The notes below the pieces were generated by a model. The model worked only from the letters and a program-made list of their open reading frames with translations. It did not search any database and was not told where the DNA came from. This document shows, in pieces, positions 35,004 through 43,632 of a stretch of DNA of 64,000 bases (position 1 is the first letter of the stretch; every line of letters begins with the position of its first letter). Source of the DNA: a virus (taxonomy: Duplodnaviria; Heunggongvirae; Uroviricota; Caudoviricetes; Straboviridae); the IMG/VR virus record IMGVR_UViG_2974587864_000001, one strand, 5' to 3'. Position numbers and translations under genes: made by a program.

Positions 35004-35500
35004 GATAAATCCGCCTTACGTGGATCAACCGATGGATCGAAGTGAACAACGATGATCGGGTAATCTCCCGTACACTCGTCAATAATAGCGCTAATACGCA
35101 GCCAATCGCCCCCAGCAAGCCCCGCACCGATAAGAGGGGTAACGATAGGCAATTTTTCAGGAAACGCACTGGCGCGTTCTACGGCGCTCACAAAGCATGA
35201 CCGGATTGCATCATAATCCACTTGTGGGCCAGTACCCCAGAATTTAAACTGAGTGTAGGCATTGAAGACAATCTGACCTTCTTCCGTCATGTAGATGGAG
35301 TTAGTGCCTAACTTACGCTGATCGCCTTTCATCGTCAGCGCATCAATTTTGAACGCACCAGGGATTTTGTGCTTCACTTCTTTAGCAATACCCGCGCCCA
35401 TGTTGCAATAGCAGTTACACCCGTGAATCAAGTGTACTTTTCGTTTCAGGAACAACTCTACAGCGTTCCCTTTGATTTCTTTAATAATCATTTTCATCAC
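35000..35500 (-). CDS. macro-domain protein (ADP-ribose binding / ADP-ribosyl hydrolase family)
   Basis: HGCNCYCNMGAGIAKE ... TPLIGAGLAGGDW match macro-domain ligand-binding loops. Confidence 0.7.
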   Translation of the reverse strand: MMKMIIKEIKGNAVELFLKRKVHLIHGCNCYCNMGAGIAKEVKHKIPGAFKIDALTMKGDQRKLGTNSIYMTEEGQIVFNAYTQFKFWGTGPQVDYDAIRSCFVSAVERASAFPEKLPIVTPLIGAGLAGGDWLRISAIIDECTGDYPIIVVHFDPSVDPRKADLS

Positions 35501-35579
35501 CTGTATAGTGGCGGTAAGCCAGCACAGCCAGCCCCGCGATCACAACAATAACACACATTAAGATATAACCTGTGTTCAT
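35481..35579 (-). CDS. tiny membrane protein (32 aa)
   Basis: MNTGYILMCVIVVIAGLAVLAYRHYTGDENDY; ATGA overlap with next small ORF and overlaps macro start. Confidence 0.3.
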   Translation of the reverse strand: MNTGYILMCVIVVIAGLAVLAYRHYTGDENDY

Positions 35580-35722
35580 TTAAATTCGTCGTCCCATCTT
35601 TGCCACGCTTCCAACTCGTCATCATATACAGGGAACGAGCTTTCGTTTGGCTTTTTAACGTAATACCAGATAATGATTGCAGCAGCAATCACACACCCGT
35701 AAAAGATTACTAATCCCATCAT
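35576..35722 (-). CDS. small membrane protein (48 aa)
   Basis: MMGLVIFYGCVIAAAIIIWYYVKKP...; replaces spurious track ORF 35497..35688. Confidence 0.3.
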   Translation of the reverse strand: MMGLVIFYGCVIAAAIIIWYYVKKPNESSFPVYDDELEAWQRWDDEFK

Positions 35723-36042
35723 CAGTATAATCCTATGCCAGCAACATATTCATCAACCAGGTAAGTACGGAGTTTTTCACAACGTTCCTTATTTGGCGCA
35801 TTGGTACAGAGGTTCATCATTGGTTCAGACTGTAAAAACTCATGCAGTTTAACCAACTTCTGACGCTTGAAGAGGTGCGCGTTTTCTTCGCCCCATACAT
35901 AAGCCGCGTCCAGTTGTTCAGCGATTACCTGTTCACATACCGCAACGTCTTTAATGTCGCGATGGTTGCAGAGTTCAGCCAGTCGATCATCAGCATGTGC
36001 AAAGCCAGCAAACAGAGTGAGCAACAGCGCAAGTTTTTTCAT
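35722..36042 (-). CDS. small secreted protein (signal peptide ...FAGFAHA-DDR)
   Basis: MKKLALLLTLFAGFAHA signal peptide; 6 Cys; same HADDR junction as 32911..33201 product. Confidence 0.5.
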   Translation of the reverse strand: MKKLALLLTLFAGFAHADDRLAELCNHRDIKDVAVCEQVIAEQLDAAYVWGEENAHLFKRQKLVKLHEFLQSEPMMNLCTNAPNKERCEKLRTYLVDEYVAGIGLY

Positions 36043-36051
36043 CGTTTTACC

Positions 36052-36663
36052 TTAGTATGAATCTTCTTCGATAGGGGTATAATAATGGGTTTCGCAGATA
36101 TACGCAAGCACTGATCGCAAACTATCGCTTTCAAATTCCGGCTTTTGATTGCGTTTCAGGCTCCAGCCAGTGAAACACATCCAGCGTTCTTCCGCAATAT
36201 CAAAGGCTAGCCAATATGTGCTGAACTGTGAACATGTATGTTCGAAGATATCGAACAGCAATTTACCGCCGATCGGCTTCACATATGGCTTCACGCGTTG
36301 AAGCGATTTCAGGACTGTTTCGAGGTTACTGCGATCCTCATTCATCGCGATACGAAGAATATGCTGATTGGTTTCTGGGTTGTATCCATCAATCCCCAAA
36401 CCCATATCCTGGAAGAACTTAGTCGCATCACGGAAAATTTCATGTCCGCTGTTCGGTGAATTGATGTAAAACTCCATACGTTGTTTTGGAGTCATCGCAC
36501 GGACGCGGGACGCGGTAGCCTTGTCGATCTCTTCTTTGATCTCCTGACGGCCTTTCAGTAACCCGTTCAGCTTTTCCTGATAGGGTTTCATTACCGCCCT
36601 GATCTCGTCGATACGTTCATCAACGATCGCTAACTGCTGTTCCGGTGTCAGTTTAGTTTCCAT
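36052..36663 (-). CDS. hypothetical protein (203 aa)
   Basis: ORF. Confidence 0.5.
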   Translation of the reverse strand: METKLTPEQQLAIVDERIDEIRAVMKPYQEKLNGLLKGRQEIKEEIDKATASRVRAMTPKQRMEFYINSPNSGHEIFRDATKFFQDMGLGIDGYNPETNQHILRIAMNEDRSNLETVLKSLQRVKPYVKPIGGKLLFDIFEHTCSQFSTYWLAFDIAEERWMCFTGWSLKRNQKPEFESDSLRSVLAYICETHYYTPIEEDSY

Positions 36664-36664
36664 G

Positions 36665-37069
36665 TTAAGCCCCTACGCGCACAAAGCGATCTTCAATTGC
36701 ATCATTAACACATTCGTAAATGCTAACGTCATTCGGGACGTGCTTACGAATACCCACTTTCACGATATCCATGATCTCTTTGTTGCTACCCCACACGTTC
36801 AGGTTGAAGTAAACACCGCCGCTATGAATTGTGTTGTTGCCAACATCAAGATACGTATCTTGACTTTCGCAGATAAACAGTTTGCGTTTTTCTTCTCCAT
36901 ATGCAAAGTAGATACTGAACGATTCCATACGATGACGATCGACCGTGATGGTTTCCACTTTAACCTTTGGATCTTTGTTCAGTTCATCTAACACACCCTG
37001 AATGATGTGCAGCATGTTCGGCTTGATGATAGTCGGGTGACTGGTAATAACTCGATGTGATGTGCTCAT
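36665..37069 (-). CDS. hypothetical protein (134 aa)
   Basis: ORF. Confidence 0.5.
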   Translation of the reverse strand: MSTSHRVITSHPTIIKPNMLHIIQGVLDELNKDPKVKVETITVDRHRMESFSIYFAYGEEKRKLFICESQDTYLDVGNNTIHSGGVYFNLNVWGSNKEIMDIVKVGIRKHVPNDVSIYECVNDAIEDRFVRVGA

Positions 37070-37102
37070 AATTTAATCCTCAATAGTTGGTACACACATA
37101 AT

Positions 37103-37135
37103 AAAAAAGCCCTTGCGAAATTGCAAGGGCTTTTT
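37103..37135. terminator. bidirectional rho-independent terminator
   Basis: AAAAAAGCCCTTGCGAAATTGCAAGGGCTTTTT. Confidence 0.65.
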
Positions 37136-37136
37136 A

Positions 37137-37784
37137 TCAGATAATGCGTTTTTCTTCTAACAGCTTCGCGGTATGGTTAACCATGCGAGCATAATCACGG
37201 GCTTCTTTCTTTGAATACTTGAATCCCGCGTTGTAACTCGCCAGCGCCTTTTTCAAGTCGCCTTTGTGGTAATCAAGCCAGTATTCCAGTTCGTGAAGTG
37301 CATACTTGGAACCACCCCGAAGGGTTTCGAGCTTATTGATTACTACGCGTTTGGAATATGATTTATCCATTCGTGCGGACGCGCTACGGGCTGTTACTTG
37401 AAAACAACCATAAGCATGATGATTCTTTTTGCCTTTCCCTACGTTCTCACATGCGCGAGACTCGATCCAGGCAATAGCCGCTAAATGATATCCCAAACGT
37501 TTCGATGTTTCCGATTCAACTGGCTTTGCAGTTTTGCGATCGTACTCATTTCCGATCCTGAAAGCGTACTCCAAAACCTTTTTCTGCTTTGGTGTAATAT
37601 CGTCCAATTCCTTAACATAACTGGGGGCATTGGCTGGCGCTTTCTTCATTACTGTTGCTTGTTGTAGCGGTAAAGTTGACTTCACAGAAGGGAGTGTTTG
37701 GATAAACTCTCCTAACGGATCGGTCGCCGCGTTGCCAGAAAAAGAGCATAAGAAAATGCTGGCAGCAAAGATAATTTTCTTCAT
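37137..37784 (-). CDS. secreted soluble lytic transglycosylase (SLT domain) with signal peptide
   Basis: MKKIIFAASIFLCSFSGNA signal peptide; SLT motifs AIAWIESR, GCFQV, ALASYNAG. Confidence 0.65.
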   Translation of the reverse strand: MKKIIFAASIFLCSFSGNAATDPLGEFIQTLPSVKSTLPLQQATVMKKAPANAPSYVKELDDITPKQKKVLEYAFRIGNEYDRKTAKPVESETSKRLGYHLAAIAWIESRACENVGKGKKNHHAYGCFQVTARSASARMDKSYSKRVVINKLETLRGGSKYALHELEYWLDYHKGDLKKALASYNAGFKYSKKEARDYARMVNHTAKLLEEKRII

Positions 37785-37848
37785 TGTAATACCTATTTGT
37801 AACAAGAGAGGGCTATGATACCCTCGTCTTATTATTTATGCAACCATT

Positions 37849-38406
37849 TTAAATGGTTTTCGCATCGCTCAGTTTGTTCTCGATGAATTCAGCAAGATTA
37901 TAGTTCGAAATTGATACGTTCGGATCGTATAGTGCAACGATTTCATCGAACGACACCATAACAGCCCGTTTAAAGTAAACGCTCCAGCTAGTCGTAAAGA
38001 TTTCGCTGTGATCAAATCCACAATTAGGACTGAACAAGGCGCGGTATTGGTATCCGCTGTATTTGGTCAGACGGCTTGTGCTGTGCGCGTTACTGGTGAT
38101 CAGGAATTTCCCTGTGTGAGTCTCAATCACGAAGAAATAACCCAGACGTTCTTTATTGTCCAGCATAGTTTCAAACTTACGATTGTTTTCTTCGCGGTCA
38201 ACACGGGTTTCGATCATCTTCCAGACCTGTTCATATTCAGGCCAATCATGCTCGACAACAACCCCTTTTATGGGTTCTTTGCCTTGCTCTTTACGATAGC
38301 GATCAATTTTATTCACTACCGCAGAGAGAAGCAGTTTGTCGCTATCACTTAACGCGGCATCAATATCCGCATATTTAAACACTGCATAACGTTCTTCGCG
38401 TTTCAT
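37849..38406 (-). CDS. hypothetical protein (185 aa)
   Basis: ORF. Confidence 0.5.
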   Translation of the reverse strand: MKREERYAVFKYADIDAALSDSDKLLLSAVVNKIDRYRKEQGKEPIKGVVVEHDWPEYEQVWKMIETRVDREENNRKFETMLDNKERLGYFFVIETHTGKFLITSNAHSTSRLTKYSGYQYRALFSPNCGFDHSEIFTTSWSVYFKRAVMVSFDEIVALYDPNVSISNYNLAEFIENKLSDAKTI

Positions 38407-38573
38407 ACTACTACATCCTTATCACAGACCGGACACCGGATCACACGATACACATCACGACCGCCAGTGTAATCGGTTGATACCTTTTCTTTGACATCCT
38501 GCGCAGTGTATGACAGGACAGCACCACAACGACAGGTAGTTTGTTTTGGGGTAATGCTTACAACTTGAACCAT
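38403..38573 (-). CDS. small zinc-ribbon protein (56 aa; CRC...CPVC)
   Basis: ORF below track threshold, ATGA overlap with downstream gene. Confidence 0.35.
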   Translation of the reverse strand: MVQVVSITPKQTTCRCGAVLSYTAQDVKEKVSTDYTGGRDVYRVIRCPVCDKDVVV

Positions 38574-38580
38574 AATAACC

Positions 38581-38775
38581 TCACAAGAATAGTTTCACTT
38601 CGCTACCGCATTTCGGGCAGACGATATGTTTTTTCACGATGTAATCAGCAGCACGGAAGAAACCGTTATAGAACACTTCGTTTTTCTTCTGTACATCAGA
38701 CAGTTCATACTCTAACCCACTTTTGCAGTTAGCGCAAACGGTAATTAGCTTTGGACTAACAATAACGGTGATCAT
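38581..38775 (-). CDS. small zinc-ribbon protein (64 aa; CANC...CPKC)
   Basis: ATG 38775 with GAGGT RBS after the phoH terminator. Confidence 0.45.
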   Translation of the reverse strand: MITVIVSPKLITVCANCKSGLEYELSDVQKKNEVFYNGFFRAADYIVKKHIVCPKCGSEVKLFL

Positions 38776-38785
38776 GTATACCTCA

Positions 38786-38809
38786 CGAAAAAAGGGGCCG
38801 AAGCCCCCT
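38786..38809 (-). terminator. rho-independent terminator after phoH
   Basis: GGGGGCTTCGGCCCC + TTTTTT on minus strand. Confidence 0.6.
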
Positions 38810-38812
38810 TGA

Positions 38813-40210
38813 TTAAAAGTTCTCTTCGACGAATGCAGCCAGTCGCCCACGATATACGGTATCCAGGATCACATGACTTGAATGTCCGTACTCTTTAAGT
38901 TTTTCAACCGCATACACAAATCCGTTGTTAACAGCAGTGTTGCGCGGGTTGTCAATCTGTTTAATGTTCCCGCATAGTATCAGAAGGGTGTTCTCACCGC
39001 AACGGGAAATGATGGATTTGATTTCGTGATTGCTCAAGTTTTGACATTCATCAACAATCAGAACCGAACCTTTACCCGGATCAGGATGCCCGATTGAGCG
39101 CCCACGGAAGTAATACAGGCTAGGGAACTGGACAACGTTTTTCTCCAGCAGCCCTTCTACATATTTGTCAACTTCCGGTTGATCCTTAAACAGAATGTTC
39201 AGGCTCGTAATACATGGTTCCACAGCAGGACGCAGTTTTTCGCCCAGAGTACCAGGTAAGAACCCGATTTCGCCCGACAGAGGACTATCCGATTTAACAT
39301 ACATCAGGTTTGCAAAGTGTCCGGCGTTAACCAGGTGCATTGCACCAGCAACAGCCAGCATTGTTTTACCTGAACCAGCAGCGCCCATAATGGTCACCAC
39401 ATCTGTATTTTTATCCATAATTGCATCAATGAATGATGCTTGCAGTGCATCGCGAGGCTGAATTGTTTTCATCAGCTTACGTTTCATCGCGGATTCGTGT
39501 TTGATTGGTAAGAGTTCAAGCTGATACTCTCCAGCAGCCACTACACGCCCTACAAGTTCACCATCCGATAGAATGTATTGGTTCGGGTAATAATCGCCGT
39601 CAGGAAGCGAGGAATAGCTTATTTGGGCTACTTCCCCAACATATCCTAACACCTCGACATCATCCCAGAATCCAGGGATATCGACATAACCAGAATACAA
39701 CACATCGCTATCTTTCAGCGAGTCATCGCCCGTGTATTGTTCAACAGGACATCCCTTAGACATCGCGATCAACAGCATGTTAATGTCGCGGGTGATCAGG
39801 GTTGCGTTTTCCTGCATACAGGTTGCAATGATTCGCGCATCTTGTTTATCAAGCGGGAACTCTTCTGAACCGATATAATCAACGATACGGAGTTTCACGC
39901 TTTCCGGCAGTGCTGGGTTCGTCAGGTTCAACGAAACCCCTGTTTGGGTAATTGCTTCGTACTTCTGCCCCAGGATTACTTTAGACAGGAGGCGGATCGC
40001 CAATCGTGCTTCATGAGCGGTTCGCTCTTTGCTTTTCAGGTGATCCAGTTCTTCCATTGTCGCAGAGGTGATAATGATTTCAGTATCCGCCTCAACGAAT
40101 GAGAAGATTGAATATGGGTTCGAGATTAAAACGTTGGTATCTAGAACATATTTCATAGAAGTTTTCCTGTTAATTGCGGGGTACGCGGATTCGCACCCCG
40201 CGCACTGCAA
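38813..40210 (-). CDS. phoH: PhoH-like ATPase with N-terminal PIN domain (PhoH2-type)
   Basis: N-terminal YVLDTNVLISNP (PIN); Walker A GAAGSGKT, LIVDECQN. Confidence 0.8.
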   Translation of the reverse strand: MQCAGCESAYPAINRKTSMKYVLDTNVLISNPYSIFSFVEADTEIIITSATMEELDHLKSKERTAHEARLAIRLLSKVILGQKYEAITQTGVSLNLTNPALPESVKLRIVDYIGSEEFPLDKQDARIIATCMQENATLITRDINMLLIAMSKGCPVEQYTGDDSLKDSDVLYSGYVDIPGFWDDVEVLGYVGEVAQISYSSLPDGDYYPNQYILSDGELVGRVVAAGEYQLELLPIKHESAMKRKLMKTIQPRDALQASFIDAIMDKNTDVVTIMGAAGSGKTMLAVAGAMHLVNAGHFANLMYVKSDSPLSGEIGFLPGTLGEKLRPAVEPCITSLNILFKDQPEVDKYVEGLLEKNVVQFPSLYYFRGRSIGHPDPGKGSVLIVDECQNLSNHEIKSIISRCGENTLLILCGNIKQIDNPRNTAVNNGFVYAVEKLKEYGHSSHVILDTVYRGRLAAFVEENF

Positions 40211-40681
40211 TTACATACCCAAACGGATAATATGGATATATGGGAACGGATGAAGATGACTTGAACGCATACACAAGGTCAGCGTTTTTGCCAGTTCAAA
40301 CCGTTCGTCGATCGTCGTGTCACATTCATCGAAAATCAGGTTGATTGCCTGATACTTGATCGTTTGTCCACGGAAAATGGAAGTCAGATCTTGACGTTTC
40401 GACAGAATGAAAGACGAATCAGCGCCCTTATCCAGTCCATGTTCTACCGCAGCACAAATACCCATCTGCTTTGTCGGTGCAACGTAGATATTCAGTGTCC
40501 CTTTAGACTGCTTGATGATATCGAAAGCCGCTTTGGTTTTACCCGACATCCGACCCATATCCAGCGCAGTTTCGAAGATAGACACACCGCCGCATTCTTG
40601 CCCCCAACGCCCATCAATGATTCGCGCAAGGTGCAGGTTACGTGACTGCTTTACAGCGTCAACATAGAATTGTGAAATCAT
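40211..40681 (-). CDS. small P-loop NTPase (156 aa)
   Basis: Walker A GRMSGKTKAA, Walker B LIFDECD. Confidence 0.45.
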   Translation of the reverse strand: MISQFYVDAVKQSRNLHLARIIDGRWGQECGGVSIFETALDMGRMSGKTKAAFDIIKQSKGTLNIYVAPTKQMGICAAVEHGLDKGADSSFILSKRQDLTSIFRGQTIKYQAINLIFDECDTTIDERFELAKTLTLCMRSSHLHPFPYIHIIRLGM

Positions 40682-40690
40682 GTTGTCGCC

Positions 40691-41086
40691 TTATGCAAGT
40701 TCAACGTGTGGTGCGTCGATAAATTTCGTTTCAATCGGAAGGTTTGGATCGTTCTTCCAGTTGATGCCGTAGCGCAGTTTTACACCCAGTTCATCAGCGG
40801 CTTGTTTCACTGCATTCAGGACAGGCAACCACACTTTCGGGTTAGTCTGCCAGCCAGCAGGGAGAACGCTAGGATACAGATCCACAGCATCACCAGTGAT
40901 GTGTTTTGAGTTCATGGTCTGGGAAACACCCTTGCGGACGTTCTCGCGCTGTTGCTCTACGGTGCGCAGACCTTCGCGTACACCAAAATCAACAGGCGAG
41001 AGTTCCAGAGCACGTTTTACCACCTTAACCAGTTCCGGCTTCACGCCTTGCAGGTTGTTCAGGCTTTTCTGACTAAATTTAAACAT
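40691..41086 (-). CDS. endolysin, L-alanyl-D-glutamate peptidase (M15 family, T5 Lys-like)
   Basis: KPELVKVVKRALELSP.DF...GLRT...SKHITGDAVDL...LGVKLRYG...HVELA parallels phage T5 endolysin. Confidence 0.8.
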   Translation of the reverse strand: MFKFSQKSLNNLQGVKPELVKVVKRALELSPVDFGVREGLRTVEQQRENVRKGVSQTMNSKHITGDAVDLYPSVLPAGWQTNPKVWLPVLNAVKQAADELGVKLRYGINWKNDPNLPIETKFIDAPHVELA

Positions 41087-41153
41087 ACATACCTCTTTAT
41101 GAAAATACCCTATGGGCTACACAGGGTATTTACGGTTTAAGAGGCGCAACGTT

Positions 41154-41579
41154 TTACATGTAACCCCAAATTGCATCTTCCGCGCGATCGCGTTTCCAGC
41201 GAATCGTCATTTCAACACTCTCCTGTTTGTCATCAGGAGGAAGTTTATCATTATTGATTTGTTCAATATATGCTTGCGCATCTGCTTCGCTACGGAACAA
41301 CGCATGGAAATTATAATGGTTGCGCCCAGTTACGTTACGATCATCCAGAGAGAATTGACCTTTATTTTCCCAATCATCATACACAGTGATTCCGTTAACA
41401 AACAGCCCCAGCCCACGATGTTCACGCGGGAAGCCAGTGATGATATGTTTTCGACCCATCTGTGCCTTTTCACCAGTGATACTGATTACTTCGTACAGGA
41501 TTGCGCCAGGTTTGATATCTTTCAGGACAGCACGTTTTTCAAAAGCGTTCATAATGTATTCCTCACAATTAGTTTTCAT
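41154..41579 (-). CDS. hypothetical protein (141 aa)
   Basis: ORF. Confidence 0.5.
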   Translation of the reverse strand: MKTNCEEYIMNAFEKRAVLKDIKPGAILYEVISITGEKAQMGRKHIITGFPREHRGLGLFVNGITVYDDWENKGQFSLDDRNVTGRNHYNFHALFRSEADAQAYIEQINNDKLPPDDKQESVEMTIRWKRDRAEDAIWGYM

Positions 41580-41607
41580 ATACAGATTACCACAATCTGT
41601 TTTGATG

Positions 41608-41928
41608 TCAACAAGGTCTATCGTTTTTATTTGGGAAAGTTAACGTGAACAGGCGATCGTGTAATGCTTCGATCCGTTCATACGCTTGTTTCAGGATCGT
41701 CTTATCTTCTGGGTTCGTTGTCTCGATGCAGATCAGTTCGTCCGAGTCGATAGCAATCACATCATCCATCAGTGAAGCGAATACGTTCACGTCAGGGTGA
41801 GTCAATTCCTTTATCTCCGCTTCCATCCCGTCATGCTGGGATAACAGTTCGATGATATCGCGCTGTAAATCTCCCTGGTACGGGAATCCGGTTTGAAGAT
41901 GGTTGATAATTCTTTCTGCTTTGGTCAT
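41608..41928 (-). CDS. hypothetical protein (106 aa)
   Basis: ORF with AGGTGA RBS. Confidence 0.5.
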   Translation of the reverse strand: MTKAERIINHLQTGFPYQGDLQRDIIELLSQHDGMEAEIKELTHPDVNVFASLMDDVIAIDSDELICIETTNPEDKTILKQAYERIEALHDRLFTLTFPNKNDRPC

Positions 41929-41940
41929 ATTTCACCTACA

Positions 41941-41961
41941 AAAAAGCCCCTTTCGGGGCTG
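41941..41961 (-). terminator. rho-independent terminator
   Basis: GCCCCGAAAGGGGC + TTTTTT on minus strand. Confidence 0.6.
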
Positions 41962-41964
41962 GGA

Positions 41965-42228
41965 TTAAATGTCTTTGCACTGGCAAACACCATATTTGGT
42001 GAAAGGCTTGTCACCGCTCAGGTAAGACCAGAAATCACAAGCCTGTTCAGCGGTTTCGAAGATTGCAGCATCATAGAAGCCGTGTTCTTCGTTACCGTCT
42101 TTATTGAGGAACACAGGAAGCCAGCTTTGCGGTTTGAAGCAGTCAGTAACAACTACCCAACCTTCTTTCGCTTTCATTGCTTCTTTGTTCGCTTCAACCA
42201 TTTCCAGCATTTCGTTCAGTAAGTTCAT
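41965..42228 (-). CDS. hypothetical protein (87 aa)
   Basis: ORF downstream of consensus early promoter. Confidence 0.55.
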   Translation of the reverse strand: MNLLNEMLEMVEANKEAMKAKEGWVVVTDCFKPQSWLPVFLNKDGNEEHGFYDAAIFETAEQACDFWSYLSGDKPFTKYGVCQCKDI

Positions 42229-42261
42229 TTTAATCCCCTTGTTTATCTGTTTCGTTGTCTA

Positions 42262-42295
42262 CGAGAGAGATATTATCACAACGGGGATTAGTGTC
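42262..42295 (-). promoter_or_regulatory. sigma70-type early promoter TTGACA-N16-TAATAT (TG-extended) on minus strand
   Basis: minus-strand reading TTGACACTAATCCCCGTTGTGATAATAT; followed by partial leader GACAACGAAACAGATAAACAAGGGGATTAAA-ATG. Confidence 0.45.
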
Positions 42296-42300
42296 AACAG

Positions 42301-42564
42301 TTATTCGAAACGAATTGTGCTATTTTTGAAAAACATTCCAGAGCACACAGATCCTTTGATCTGCTTGCCGTTCACACCAGTTGCTTCGAATCCGGTTGAA
42401 TATGTGTCTTTTTCGGAACACGCAAACCACTTGTAACCCGTGAACTGGATGTTCGTATAACCCTGTGCTTCTAGGATACGCTGTGCCTCTTTCTCGTCAG
42501 TACAGCTTGACTGCAAGAACACAACAACGACAACCATCAAAATACACACAACAATTTTCCACAT
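42301..42564 (-). CDS. small putative lipoprotein/exported protein (87 aa)
   Basis: hydrophobic N-terminus ending LQSSC (lipobox-like); 5 Cys. Confidence 0.45.
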   Translation of the reverse strand: MWKIVVCILMVVVVVFLQSSCTDEKEAQRILEAQGYTNIQFTGYKWFACSEKDTYSTGFEATGVNGKQIKGSVCSGMFFKNSTIRFE

Positions 42565-42567
42565 AAT

Positions 42568-43026
42568 TTATACTCTTTTAAGGTTAGTTTTGCTGGCTTC
42601 GATCCAGCCTGAATAGTTCGGGGAGAAATCCTCCGCCATACCCAAACAAACGGTAGTATGTCCTAATGGGTTCGGTGTCGTTACTTTACTATTGGGATTG
42701 ATCGGAAGTTCACTAGCCCCAACACTGGTTGCAAACACCATACCACCAGTTACGTAAATGGTTTGAATATGCCCGTAAGCGTCACCAGGCCACTTGAAAC
42801 GGTATTCAGTGTTCCAGACCTTGACGTTATACACGTCATATTCATCGAAGAGGGGATCGTTGCCCTTTGTCGCTTCGTAAAGCGCACCGCGCCATTCAAC
42901 TAAATCCGCTTCGATATCACTTACACAAAACTCTTCTTTTGCGCTCAGTTTATCAAGCATCATTTCAATAGTGCGGATAGCCATGCTTAATTCACGATCG
43001 AGTTTCATAATCAATTTCCTTAACAA
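42568..43026 (-). CDS. hypothetical protein (152 aa)
   Basis: ORF. Confidence 0.5.
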   Translation of the reverse strand: MLRKLIMKLDRELSMAIRTIEMMLDKLSAKEEFCVSDIEADLVEWRGALYEATKGNDPLFDEYDVYNVKVWNTEYRFKWPGDAYGHIQTIYVTGGMVFATSVGASELPINPNSKVTTPNPLGHTTVCLGMAEDFSPNYSGWIEASKTNLKRV

Positions 43027-43222
43027 CGGTTAAATGTTTTTCCGTTCTTAGTCTGAATAATTCCAGCGCTTCTTCTGGGGTTCTTCCATCGTATTGGATA
43101 GTATGAATACCAGATTTAAAAGTCAACGGAACCCAGAAAAACCCAAATACTCGTTTCTCTAACTTGTATGTTCTTTCAGGAACCCATCCAGGCGTATGAA
43201 CTTCAACTACCCGAATTTTCAT
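42992..43222 (-). CDS. hypothetical protein (~76 aa)
   Basis: likely start ATG 43222 (ATGA overlap); track start 43282. Confidence 0.4.
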   Translation of the reverse strand: MKIRVVEVHTPGWVPERTYKLEKRVFGFFWVPLTFKSGIHTIQYDGRTPEEALELFRLRTEKHLTVVKEIDYETRS

Positions 43223-43632
43223 ACAATACCCTCTTCTTCGAGCACTTCCCAGATCAGGCGATCCAGGTGCATCAGGTTCCACATAACCGAGTCATACGAA
43301 CCCAGCGAGCGGGAGTAAATCACTCCCCATGAACGATAAGCCTTTTGGAATGATTCAGCACTGTTTTCATCGTGCGGCATATCGTCACCCGAAGCGATCA
43401 GCAGTTTCAGAACCATCAGGCTATTGAGCGCCTTTGGCGTGAATTCCTGTTCGCTTAACTTCATCGCGTACCGTTCGATGACCGCGATTGACTTCGGATC
43501 TTTAATACGCCCATCTGTACGGCGCGTTTTAAACGCGCTCATTAATTCATCGACTACGGCGGTACACTTCATATGCTTCATCCTTTTCCTGTGCAGACAT
43601 CCGATTATAGCGGATCTCTTCGCGCTGTTCAA
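43219..43632 (-). CDS. hypothetical protein (137 aa; start uncertain)
   Basis: ORF. Confidence 0.45.
   Translation of the reverse strand: MNSAKRSAIIGCLHRKRMKHMKCTAVVDELMSAFKTRRTDGRIKDPKSIAVIERYAMKLSEQEFTPKALNSLMVLKLLIASGDDMPHDENSAESFQKAYRSWGVIYSRSLGSYDSVMWNLMHLDRLIWEVLEEEGIV

Noticed and set aside
35497-35688. Track ORF of 63 aa on minus strand
   Set aside because: Its frame is an odd basic/Cys-rich translation. The same DNA encodes two back-to-back classic TM peptides with ATGA coupling in another frame (35576..35722 and 35481..35579), which is more plausible.
40691-41086. T5-like endolysin initially suggested a T5-like (Demerecviridae) genome
   Set aside because: Ligase, gp25, gp53, gp5-lysozyme, gp6, gp4, gene 1 and gp27 are all colinear with T4 proteins, so this is a T4-like myovirus that happens to carry an M15 endolysin.
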